The notes below the pieces were generated by a model. The model saw only the letters and a program-made list of their open reading frames with translations, ran no database searches and was not told the origin of the DNA. 40,006 bases of DNA, taken from positions 1-40,006 of IMG/VR virus record IMGVR_UViG_3300028586_000045; one strand, 5' to 3'. Position numbers and translations under genes: made by a program. The number at the start of each line of letters is the position of its first letter. Positions within the stretch are counted from its first letter, which is position 1. Origin of the DNA: a virus. Lineage: Duplodnaviria > Caudoviricetes. Shown here one piece after another: positions 16,545 through 25,152 of the stretch.

Positions 16545-16793
16545 GTGGATAATCAACACAAGAAGATCGCTGGTTATCGCGATCTCTCGCAAGCCGAGAT
16601 CGACGCCATGAACGACTGCAAGTCGATCGAGCGTAAGTTCAACAGCATGATCGACCGGCTCAAGACTGTGCCCGGCGTCGATCAGCGCAACGTCGCACTC
16701 GCGCAAACCTATGGCGAGAACGCCTTCATGCGCGCGGTACGTGCCGTGGCGCAGCCGGCGCGCCTCGTCGAAGAAGCCGAGGTCGAAGCATGA
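16545..16793 (+). CDS. acb2: Acb2-family anti-CBASS cyclic-nucleotide sponge protein
   Basis: [26 protein letters not shown]...R.VALAQT...[10 protein letters not shown] closely follows Pseudomonas phage Acb2 as recalled ([20 protein letters not shown]...IRAIAQP); Y11 and K26 conserved. Confidence 0.88.
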   Translation: [82 protein letters not shown]

Positions 16794-16942
16794 TCGGCGA
16801 TACACCCGACCGTGATGCCGAGCTGCGCGACGAATTCGTCGCAGCAGAAGATCCGGAGAGCCCGCGCGCGCTGAAGCGTCGGATCGACGATCTCGAACAG
16901 CGGCTCGCGAACATCGAGCACGCGACCCACACCAACATTTGA
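16790..16942 (+). CDS. Small acidic coiled-coil protein (50 aa, not in the ORF track)
   Basis: MIGDTPDRDAELRDEF...LKRRIDDLEQRLANIEHATHTNI*; ATGA coupling to acb2. Confidence 0.6.
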   Translation: MIGDTPDRDAELRDEFVAAEDPESPRALKRRIDDLEQRLANIEHATHTNI

Positions 16943-16952
16943 AGGAAAGACT

Positions 16953-17831
16953 ATGCGAGTTCTTGCAATCGCGATGCTCTGTCATGCGGCTAACGCCGCC
17001 TATTGCGCATCGATCGGCGACAACAGCCAAGTGCCATGGGATCAGGCACCCGAATGGCAGAAGGATAGCGCCGTGAAGGGCGTGGAATTTTGCTTGGCGA
17101 ACCCGGACGCCCCCGCCAGCGCGAACCACGAAAGCTGGATGAAAGAGAAGGTCGATGCCGGCTGGGTCTACGGCGAGACGAAAGATCCCGACGCGAAGCC
17201 CCCGACGCATCCCTGCATCGTTCCGTTCGACGAGTTGCCGGCGGAACAGCAGTTCAAGGACGTCCTTTTCAAGACGATCGTCGCCGGGTGCGTCGAAGCG
17301 AATGCCGAGATGACGGCGCTCACCGAACTGCTTGACGCCTCCGAAGAGGATGGCGCGTCGACCGACGACCAGATCCGCGTCCTCACCGAAGAGCGCGACG
17401 CGGCGATCGCGCGCGCCGAGAAGGCGGAGGGCGGCGAGAAGCGTGCCAAGGCATCGCTGACCAAGGCCACCACCCCGGCCAAGCCGCGCAAGATCGGCGC
17501 GCTCGGCGAGGACAAGGCGCTCGCCGGCGACGATCTCCGCAAGGCGATCGACGATGCCGACGAGGTGCAGATCGCGTTCTCGGACGGCACCCGCGAGGTG
17601 CATGGCATCGCGCCGATCAACGTCGCCGGCGACGCCTGGGGCGATCACCAGTTCGGACTGGTGCTGAAGGAAGACGCGACGATCGAGGGGCCGCGCGAGG
17701 GCAGCAGCGTGACGATCGACGGCTATGCGCTCATCCTCGACGGCAAGCACGTCGCCTATGCGCGGCGCTCGACGCCGCTCCAGGTCGCACCCGGGCAGCG
17801 GGTGAGCCTGAAGGACGATATCATCTTCTGA
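16953..17831 (+). CDS. RyR-domain protein with coiled-coil linker and C-terminal beta domain (292 aa)
   Basis: NHESWMKEKVDAGWVYGETKD...THPCIVPFDELPAEQQFKD is the RyR repeat signature; GAAGGA SD. Confidence 0.85.
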   Translation: MRVLAIAMLCHAANAAYCASIGDNSQVPWDQAPEWQKDSAVKGVEFCLANPDAPASANHESWMKEKVDAGWVYGETKDPDAKPPTHPCIVPFDELPAEQQFKDVLFKTIVAGCVEANAEMTALTELLDASEEDGASTDDQIRVLTEERDAAIARAEKAEGGEKRAKASLTKATTPAKPRKIGALGEDKALAGDDLRKAIDDADEVQIAFSDGTREVHGIAPINVAGDAWGDHQFGLVLKEDATIEGPREGSSVTIDGYALILDGKHVAYARRSTPLQVAPGQRVSLKDDIIF

Positions 17832-17880
17832 CCAGCCGGGGCGCCGCCTCCTGGTGGCGCCCCCATTACCGGGGGCGGGC

Positions 17881-19554
17881 ATGGCCGACGACAGCATCCA
17901 AGACGACGAGCAGGTTCGTAACCACCTGCGCAACCATGACCGCCTCGTGTCGCTTCGCGCGCCGTACGAGGCGGTGTGGCGCGAGATCGATGAGCGCGTG
18001 AACCCCATGGGGGCGGGCACGATCGGCGCAGCGACCGGCGCGGCCGGGCGCATGGCGCGCGCCGGTACCGTGAAGGGCTCGCAGAATTTCGACGTGACCG
18101 CGGTGGAAAGCCTCGACCGCTTTTCGGCCGCCATGTCGGCGATCACCGTGCCGCGGAACACCCAATACATCCGGCTCAAGTTCCGCGACCCGGATCTCGA
18201 CAAGCTGCCCGAGGTGCGCCGCTGGTGCGAGACGGCGGCCGATCGGCTGCATGCCATCCGCTATGCGCCGCACGCCGCGTTCGCCGTCCAGGCGATCAAG
18301 GATTTCCGGCAGCTCGGCCGCTATGGCACCGGGCCGCTGTGGACCGGCGAGAAGAAGGGGCTCGGCCTGTTCTACCGCGCCCTGCACATGGCGGAATGCT
18401 ACATCGACGAGGACTTCTCGGGCCAGATCGACACCGTCCATCGCCGCTACACCCGCAACGCGCGCCAGCTCGAACAGGAATACGGCCGCGACGCGCTGAC
18501 GCCGAAGATGCGCCAGGCGCTCGACGACAAGAAATACGACACGGAATTCGAGATCCTGCACGTCGTCTGCCCGAACGCCGACCTGCAACCCGATCGTTTC
18601 GACTGGCGCGGCAAGCGCATCGCCAGCTCGCACATCGCGCTCGACGAAAAGTGCTTCCTGCGCCGCGCCGGCTTCGGCTCGATGCCGATCAGCGTGTCGC
18701 GCCACATGTCGGAGGCGGGCGAGATCTACGGCTGGTCGCCGGCGCTGAAGGTGCTGCCGTCGATCCGTTCGGCGAACGTCATGAAGCAGACGATCATGCG
18801 GTCGGCGCACAAGTCGGTCGATCCGGCACTCGCGTTCTATGACGACGACGGCATCACCTCGCTGGTCACCCGCCCCGGCGGGCTCAACCCCGGCCTCGTC
18901 GACGACAACGGCCGGCTGATGGTGCAGGCGCTGCCGACCGGATCGAACCTGCCGATCGGCATGGAGATGGTCGAGAGCGAGCGTAGCGACATCCGCACCG
19001 CTTTCCTCGAGGACTTCTTCAAGATCCTGACCGACCCGTCCGATCGCATGACGGCGACGCAGGTGCTTGAGATGGTCGGCAAGCAGGGCGCGCTGGTCGC
19101 CCCCTATGCCGGCCAGTACGAAAGCGAGAAGCAGAACCCGGTCACCCAGCGCGATCTGGATCTCGCCATGGCGGCCGGCCAGGTCGAGCCGTTCCCCGAC
19201 GTCGTCACCGAGGCCGGCGCCTATCCGCTGGTCGAATACGAAAACCCCCTGACGCGCATGGCGCGCGCCGAGGAAGCGGCCGGCCTGACGCGCTGGATCG
19301 AGGCCATGACGCCGCTGTCGCAGGCCGATGGCGGTGCCGTGTTCGACCACATCGACACGGATGCCGCGGCGCCGGGCCTCGCCGACGTGCTGGGCGTCCG
19401 GCCGAGCTGGGTCGCGACGGCCGAGCAGGTCGCCGCCAAGCGCAAGGCGCGCGAAGACAGCAAGGCGATGGAGGCGGCCGCCCCGGGGATCGCCGACGTC
19501 GCCGGCGCCTACAAGGACATCGCGTCCGCCAATCAGATCACGGAGGCCGCATAA
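17881..19554 (+). CDS. Portal (head-tail connector) protein, T7/BPP-1 type
   Basis: YGTG, GEIYGWSP, MTATQV and YENPLTR motifs; 557 aa. Confidence 0.92.
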   Translation: MADDSIQDDEQVRNHLRNHDRLVSLRAPYEAVWREIDERVNPMGAGTIGAATGAAGRMARAGTVKGSQNFDVTAVESLDRFSAAMSAITVPRNTQYIRLKFRDPDLDKLPEVRRWCETAADRLHAIRYAPHAAFAVQAIKDFRQLGRYGTGPLWTGEKKGLGLFYRALHMAECYIDEDFSGQIDTVHRRYTRNARQLEQEYGRDALTPKMRQALDDKKYDTEFEILHVVCPNADLQPDRFDWRGKRIASSHIALDEKCFLRRAGFGSMPISVSRHMSEAGEIYGWSPALKVLPSIRSANVMKQTIMRSAHKSVDPALAFYDDDGITSLVTRPGGLNPGLVDDNGRLMVQALPTGSNLPIGMEMVESERSDIRTAFLEDFFKILTDPSDRMTATQVLEMVGKQGALVAPYAGQYESEKQNPVTQRDLDLAMAAGQVEPFPDVVTEAGAYPLVEYENPLTRMARAEEAAGLTRWIEAMTPLSQADGGAVFDHIDTDAAAPGLADVLGVRPSWVATAEQVAAKRKAREDSKAMEAAAPGIADVAGAYKDIASANQITEAA

Positions 19555-19832
19555 TGGAGCAAGCTCAAACCGTACTCACAAGTGTGAACACGATGACGCG
19601 AACCGGGCGGGCGGCGCGGCGGCTGGTGCTGTTCGATCGGGCGAAAGAGGCGATGGGCAGCGCCCGTCGTCTCGGCGAAGTTATCGGCGTCTGCCGTCGC
19701 AATGTCCACCAGAAGCTGGAGAACGATCGGCATCTCACCGATTGGGAGTTGAAGCTAGCGGCCGACGAGATCGATCGCATGGCACGCGAGTTCGACCAGC
19801 TCGCGGCTGACATCCGGAAGGTGCTGGCATGA
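19554..19832 (+). CDS. HTH-like protein within the head operon (92 aa)
   Basis: MGSARRLGEVIGVCRRNVHQKLE resembles an HTH; TAATG and ATGA coupling. Confidence 0.6.
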   Translation: MEQAQTVLTSVNTMTRTGRAARRLVLFDRAKEAMGSARRLGEVIGVCRRNVHQKLENDRHLTDWELKLAADEIDRMAREFDQLAADIRKVLA

Positions 19833-20197
19833 ACGAACGGAACCGCCGGCGCTGGCGCGCGGTGCAGATCTCGCGCGACTGGAAAGAGCTGCTGCCGTCC
19901 ATGTCGGCGCCGGCCTGGCTGCGCACGATCGCGGCGCTGCTGACGGCGATCGTCGGCCGGCGCTGGGCCTATCGCACCGCATTCACGGGTGACGACGGTG
20001 CCATGCGCATCGCCACCCAGCACGTCCTGGCGGACCTGCGCGAATACAGCTTCGCGCGGACGTCCGCCTTTGACCCAGATCCGATCATCATGGCGCGGCG
20101 GCAGGGCCGGCGCGACGTGTGGCTGCGGATCTCGAACTACCTCAACCTGGACGAAGCCCAGGTTCAAACCCTGATGGAGATTGACGATGGCATTTGA
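19829..20197 (+). CDS. Bbp19-like phage protein
   Basis: VLADL...DP..MARRQGRRDVWLRI motif; lies between portal and scaffold. Confidence 0.75.
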   Translation: MNERNRRRWRAVQISRDWKELLPSMSAPAWLRTIAALLTAIVGRRWAYRTAFTGDDGAMRIATQHVLADLREYSFARTSAFDPDPIIMARRQGRRDVWLRISNYLNLDEAQVQTLMEIDDGI

Positions 20198-21113
20198 GGG
20201 CAGCGAAGACGTCGGTGGCGCAGACGAGCTGCTGGGCGGTGGGGCTGGCGGTGACGCCGGCACCGGCGGTGGTGATGGCGGTGCCTCCGGTGCAGCCGCG
20301 GAAGGCGGCGAAGGGCAGGGCGGCGAAGGCGGTGCCGCTGCGCCCGACTGGTTCGAGAAGGTCTCGGCAAACGCTGGCGAGGGCGAGACGTCGTCGAACC
20401 GCGACTGGCTGGCGGCCAAGGGCGTCAAGGATATCGACGGCCTGGTGAAGATCACCCGCGATACCGAAAAGGCGTTGCGCGAGGGCGGCCGGATCAAGGT
20501 CCCCGGCGAGGGCGCCAAGCCGGAAGAGATCTCGGCGTTCCACAAGGCGATCGGCGTGCCCGAAGCGATCGAGGGCTATGAAATCAAAGGGCCGGAAGGC
20601 GTGCCGCTCAACGAGCCGCTGATCGCCGGGCTGCGCGAAAGCGCCCTGAAGCATGGCGCGCCGAAGGGTGCGTTCGAAGGGCTGGTCGGCGACTTCATCA
20701 AGCTCCAGATGGACGAGGCCGCGACCGAGGCGAAGCGGCAGGACGACCTCGCCGCCAACTGGCTGAAGGAACAGGGGGCAAAGGTCGAAGAGCAGAAGGC
20801 GCATATTAACACCGCGGCTCGATCGCTCGGCTTCACCAAGGCCGACATGGCGGGTCTGCGTGCCGGCCTCGGGGCCGATCGCGCGCTCGGCCTGCTGGCG
20901 AAGCTCGGCGCCGGCATGGCGGAGGACGTGCTGACCACCGGCGGCAGCAATCGCTTCGGCATTTCGGGCGCAGAGGCGCAGACGGAACTCGATCGACTGA
21001 AGAACGACAAGGCGTTCCAGGATAAAAACGTGCCCGGCTCGCCCGAGCGCACGCGGTGGGATCGCCTCAACAAGCAGGCCGCCGCCTACAACGCAGCGCA
21101 GGCGGAGGGCTGA
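20187..21113 (+). CDS. Capsid scaffolding protein
   Basis: Gly/acidic N-terminus, IKVPGE...IGVPE..EGYE, helical; precedes the capsid gene. Confidence 0.8.
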   Translation: MAFEGSEDVGGADELLGGGAGGDAGTGGGDGGASGAAAEGGEGQGGEGGAAAPDWFEKVSANAGEGETSSNRDWLAAKGVKDIDGLVKITRDTEKALREGGRIKVPGEGAKPEEISAFHKAIGVPEAIEGYEIKGPEGVPLNEPLIAGLRESALKHGAPKGAFEGLVGDFIKLQMDEAATEAKRQDDLAANWLKEQGAKVEEQKAHINTAARSLGFTKADMAGLRAGLGADRALGLLAKLGAGMAEDVLTTGGSNRFGISGAEAQTELDRLKNDKAFQDKNVPGSPERTRWDRLNKQAAAYNAAQAEG

Positions 21114-21340
21114 CGCGAAAAATGTCGATTGACGACCGATTCGCCGTGTGAAATTGAAGCGTTACCGGCGCCGGGGGGAGCCGATCAAATCCCCCCGAAC
21201 CTTAGTGCCCGCCTAGCCTCGTCGCCCGGGTCCCCCTGCTGGAGTGCAGCGCCGATCGCGGGCGTTAAACGATAGAGTGGCCGGACGTCGCCGTCCCCTA
21301 GCCAATCGAAATCGGATCAAACCTTTTTCGTGAGGCCGCA

Positions 21341-22270
21341 ATGGCAGACGTCAACACGACCGCGAACTATGAATTCAAGAACAACCTCGAACTGAAGCTT
21401 CAGCAGAAGACGTCCGTTCTGTGGGACACCACCGAAGAACAGGATTGCGCCGGCTCCGAGAAGGAGACGGTCAAGGATCTGCTGGGCGAAGCGAAGCCGC
21501 AGGAGGCCGACGAGCGCTACGGCGATCTGAAGCGCACCCCGGTCGACCATGACCGCGTCTGGATCGTCAAGCCGAACGAGCTCTACTTCAACGAATACGT
21601 CGACGGCGCCGACGAGCTCGCCACCAAGATCGGTCTCGAAGGCGGCTACACCATGGCCGCCATGGCGACGATCCATCGCGCCTGGGACAGCCAGATCCTC
21701 GCCGGCATGTATGGCTCGATGCTGATGGGCAAGGACGGCACGATCACGCAGCCGCTCGCCGGGGGCGCGACCGTGCCGGTGACGGTGGGCGGGGCCTCGG
21801 GCCCGCAGCGCATGAACGTCGCCAAGGTCCGCGCGGCCAAGGTAATGCTCGGTCAGGCGTTCAACGATCCGTCCGACAAGCGCTACATGGCGCTCAGCGA
21901 GGTGCAGCGCGACGATCTGCTCAACGAGGTGCAGGCGACCAGCGGGGACTATTCCAAGGCGTTCGGCATCCGCCTCGACGCGGATGGCAACCTGATCGGC
22001 ATCCTCGGCTTCAACCTGGTCAACATCGAGCTGCGCAATCCGAGCCTCGGCGCGTTCCAGCGCGGCCTGACGGTGACCGCCCAGGGTTACACCCGCAACC
22101 CGTTCTGGGTGAAGTCGGGCGTGCGCAAGGGCGTGTGGCAGAAGATCCGCACGGCGATCAAGGACCAGCCGTCCAAGGTCAACACCCGCAGCGTTTTCGC
22201 CGGCACCACCGTCGCCGCGACCCGCACCCAGGCCGGCAAAGTCGGCATCATCGAAAACAGCGAGGCTTGA
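21341..22270 (+). CDS. Major capsid protein
   Basis: 309 aa; LQQKTS.L N-terminus, ILGFNLV; position after the scaffold. Confidence 0.87.
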   Translation: MADVNTTANYEFKNNLELKLQQKTSVLWDTTEEQDCAGSEKETVKDLLGEAKPQEADERYGDLKRTPVDHDRVWIVKPNELYFNEYVDGADELATKIGLEGGYTMAAMATIHRAWDSQILAGMYGSMLMGKDGTITQPLAGGATVPVTVGGASGPQRMNVAKVRAAKVMLGQAFNDPSDKRYMALSEVQRDDLLNEVQATSGDYSKAFGIRLDADGNLIGILGFNLVNIELRNPSLGAFQRGLTVTAQGYTRNPFWVKSGVRKGVWQKIRTAIKDQPSKVNTRSVFAGTTVAATRTQAGKVGIIENSEA

Positions 22271-22273
22271 TCC

Positions 22274-22714
22274 ATGGCTGACGTCTACGCACTCGAATTC
22301 GTCGGCGGTCCCGACGGCACGTCGATGCCGCCGAAGAAGCTCGACGGCCGCCTGGTCAGCGCGAAGAAGCGCCGCACCCGCGCGGTCAAGCCGGCGACCA
22401 TCCTCAACGTCGGCGATCGGCTGTACATCGGCAAGCTGCCGCAGGACGCCGTCCTCCAGGCGCTCACCGTCAACACCGACACCTCGTTCGGCTCGACGAC
22501 ACTGTCGATCGGCACCACCTTGCAGCCGACGAAGTACGTCAACGGCAAGACGGTGACTGCGACGGACGTGCCGACCGGCATCGGTCCCAGCGCCGCGGCC
22601 GCGCGCAACGCGCCGGTCACCGCCGACGAAGATCTGTGGGTGACGATCGGCACCGCGGCGATTGCCGCGGCGGTGCTCGCCACCTTCTACATGGAATATA
22701 CGATCGCGACCTGA
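22274..22714 (+). CDS. Capsid decoration/cement protein (putative)
   Basis: Beta-rich 146 aa directly after the capsid gene; GD...GKLP.DA..LSIG pattern. Confidence 0.65.
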   Translation: MADVYALEFVGGPDGTSMPPKKLDGRLVSAKKRRTRAVKPATILNVGDRLYIGKLPQDAVLQALTVNTDTSFGSTTLSIGTTLQPTKYVNGKTVTATDVPTGIGPSAAAARNAPVTADEDLWVTIGTAAIAAAVLATFYMEYTIAT

Positions 22715-22731
22715 CGGTCGCCACACGCTTG

Positions 22732-22792
22732 GGCCGGACCTGCGGGGCGCAGGACCGGCCCGGGGCCGGGCAGCGCCGTAATCGCTGCCCGG
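22732..22792 (+). terminator. Tandem hairpins after the capsid/decoration genes
   Basis: GGCCGGACCTGCG-GGG-CGCAGGACCGGCC and GCCGGGCAGCG-N7-CGCTGCCCGGC. Confidence 0.55.
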
Positions 22793-22820
22793 CATTCCCG
22801 TTTCTAAAAGGGCATTGTCG

Positions 22821-23018
22821 ATGGCTCAGGTCAAGCTCACCGTCACCCGCGGCAAACCGCACATCAAGGACATCACCGTCGCTGCCGGCACGCCGATCGC
22901 CGGGTCCGATGCGATAGAGCTCAACATCGATCAGACCAAGATCAGCAAGGGCGACGCCCTCACCATGATCGACAACCTGCGCGCCAAAATCTACGCGTCG
23001 CCTTGGCCGCTGTCCTGA
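22821..23018 (+). CDS. Small virion-associated hypothetical protein (65 aa)
   Basis: MAQVKLTVTRGK...; good codon usage. Confidence 0.7.
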   Translation: MAQVKLTVTRGKPHIKDITVAAGTPIAGSDAIELNIDQTKISKGDALTMIDNLRAKIYASPWPLS

Positions 23019-23026
23019 GGCGATAG

Positions 23027-23710
23027 GTGGCGGACTTCGTCACCATCGCAAATCTGGCGGCCTCGGCGCTCGGCGAGGACGATCAGCTGTCGTCGCAAGA
23101 CGATGACACCCACCTCTCGCGCTCCGTCCAAGCCGTATGGGACGTCGAGCGCCGCGCCGCGCTGCGGGATCATAGCTGGAACTTCGCGATGCGCCGCCAG
23201 GCGCTTCCGGCGTCGTCCGGCGAGCAGGACCCCTTTCCCTTCAGCTTCGTCTACCGCCTTCCCGCCGATTGCGTGCGTTTGATCGAGGTCACTGGTTTCG
23301 GCCGCAGCGACTATCAGCTCGAAGGCGGCTTCATCATGTCGAACGCCGTGGCGCCGCTTCGCGTGCGCTATCTCGTCGACGTGGTCGAACCGGCCCGCTG
23401 GGATGATCTGTTCGTCAAGGCGTTCGCCATGCGCGTCGCCTGGCAGATCGCCGATCGGATCACCGGCGATCCCAACCGCGTCCAGCTCGCCGAGCGGCGG
23501 TACCGCGACGCGCTCGGCGAGGCGAAGCGCGTCGACGCGCGCGAGAACCCGCAGGTGCCGTTCGAGCCGAGCGGCTGGGAGATGGCGCGCGGCTGGGGCG
23601 GCGACGATCTCGATCGGCGTCGCTTCGTCGCTACCCCCGAGCCGTTCCCGACACGGCCGCCGACCGCCGTGCCGCCGGCGGATCCCCAGTGGGGGACGAT
23701 CCAATGGTAG
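23027..23710 (+). CDS. Tail tubular protein A / adaptor (T7 gp11-like)
   Basis: IANLA...LG...HSWNFA...YRLPADC motifs. Confidence 0.85.
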   Translation: MADFVTIANLAASALGEDDQLSSQDDDTHLSRSVQAVWDVERRAALRDHSWNFAMRRQALPASSGEQDPFPFSFVYRLPADCVRLIEVTGFGRSDYQLEGGFIMSNAVAPLRVRYLVDVVEPARWDDLFVKAFAMRVAWQIADRITGDPNRVQLAERRYRDALGEAKRVDARENPQVPFEPSGWEMARGWGGDDLDRRRFVATPEPFPTRPPTAVPPADPQWGTIQW

Positions 23711-25152
23711 GGATCCGCTTTACTCGTGTGATCGAAGCGCCGTCGCAAGGCGAGCCGAACACGGTCTATTTCGTCAAGCCACCACTCGCGACGGAGATGG
23801 ACATCCTCGTCGCTGGCAGCGACGGCGTTCCGGTACCGCTGGCCGTTCGAGCGATCGGAGAGGGTGGCTATACCGACGCGCAGGTTCGCCAAGTCGTTGC
23901 GGCTGCGCTGACGGCAGGCACCAACGTCAAGATCGCGATCGACCAGAACGCAGGCACGTTCACGATCAGCGCGACCGGATCGACGGCCGCGGCCGACTGG
24001 CAAAGCATCACCGGCAAGCCGACGACGCTCAACGGCTTCGGCATCACCGATGCGCAGCCGCTCGATGCGGATCTGACTGCGATTGCGGCGCTGGCGACGG
24101 CGGCATTCGGCCGCTCGATGCTCACCGCGGCGGACGCGCCGGCGATGCGCTCGCTGCTGGCGCTCGGCACCGCGGCGCTGGCGACACTCGGCACCAACGC
24201 CGGCAACGCCCTGCAGCTCGACGGCAACGGCAAGGTCCCTACCAACAATCTGCCCGAGGCAATCCTCGGCGCGATGAAGTACCAAGGCACGTGGGACGCC
24301 AGCGCCAACGCGCCGACGCTGTCCGCTAGCCCGGCCGCGACCACCAAGGGCTTCTACTACGTCGTCTCCGTAGCCGGCGCGACCAACCTCAGCGGCGTAA
24401 CCGACTGGAAGGTCGGCGACTGGGCCGTCTCGAACGGCACCACCTGGGACAAGGTCGACAGCTCGGACCAGGTCAACTCGGTGGCCGGCCTTATGGGGAC
24501 GATCAGCGCGGCGGCCCTCAAAGGTGCGCTCAATCTCTCTGGCACCAACACTGGCGACCAGACCGACATTGCTGGAAACGCTGGGACGGCGACCAAGCTC
24601 GCCACGGCGAGGAAGATCAACGGGGTCGCTTTCGATGGCTCGCAGGACATCACGCTACCTTCCTCAGGCGGCACGGGTGGCGGCGGCCTTAAAGCGTACA
24701 TGAAAAAGACGCGCGTTACGGGCAACGTTGTGGTCCCTTGGAGCAACACCACTTTTTCCGACTTTGACAACAATCTCGTACTGCGGGTGATCGCCGCGGT
24801 AGATGATCTCCTTGAAGTGTCGGGCTACTACCAGGGCGGCGATGCCAACACCGCTTCCGTTGAGTTCAATATCGAGACCCGGGTTGCGGGCGTAGCGAAG
24901 AACCGCGGCCTCGGAGCGCTTGGGTCGTCTACCTCGCTGCCCAACTGGCCGGTGCGGCCGAATGACTATTTCGGTGTGACGGGCGTACTGGAATATACTG
25001 TCAAAGCCGAGGACATCGACGCTGACGGATACATCAACTTGTATCCGGTTGCTCGCTCCAACGGAGGCAACAGCCAAGCGCGAACCGTATTCGCCAACGG
25101 CAGTGTGCCATTCGTGTTCACTGTCAAGAATTTTGGGAAGCCGCCGACGTGA
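23704..25152 (+). CDS. Tail/head fibre protein (482 aa)
   Basis: WQSITGKPTTLNGFGITDA, YQGTWDAS, TKLATARKINGVAFDGSQDI fibre repeats; variable C-terminal beta domain. Confidence 0.8.
   Translation: MVGIRFTRVIEAPSQGEPNTVYFVKPPLATEMDILVAGSDGVPVPLAVRAIGEGGYTDAQVRQVVAAALTAGTNVKIAIDQNAGTFTISATGSTAAADWQSITGKPTTLNGFGITDAQPLDADLTAIAALATAAFGRSMLTAADAPAMRSLLALGTAALATLGTNAGNALQLDGNGKVPTNNLPEAILGAMKYQGTWDASANAPTLSASPAATTKGFYYVVSVAGATNLSGVTDWKVGDWAVSNGTTWDKVDSSDQVNSVAGLMGTISAAALKGALNLSGTNTGDQTDIAGNAGTATKLATARKINGVAFDGSQDITLPSSGGTGGGGLKAYMKKTRVTGNVVVPWSNTTFSDFDNNLVLRVIAAVDDLLEVSGYYQGGDANTASVEFNIETRVAGVAKNRGLGALGSSTSLPNWPVRPNDYFGVTGVLEYTVKAEDIDADGYINLYPVARSNGGNSQARTVFANGSVPFVFTVKNFGKPPT

Noticed and set aside
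23685-23710. Possible -1 frameshift fusing tail tube A to the fibre
   Set aside because: No canonical X XXY YYZ slippery site, and the fibre has its own ATG at 23704.
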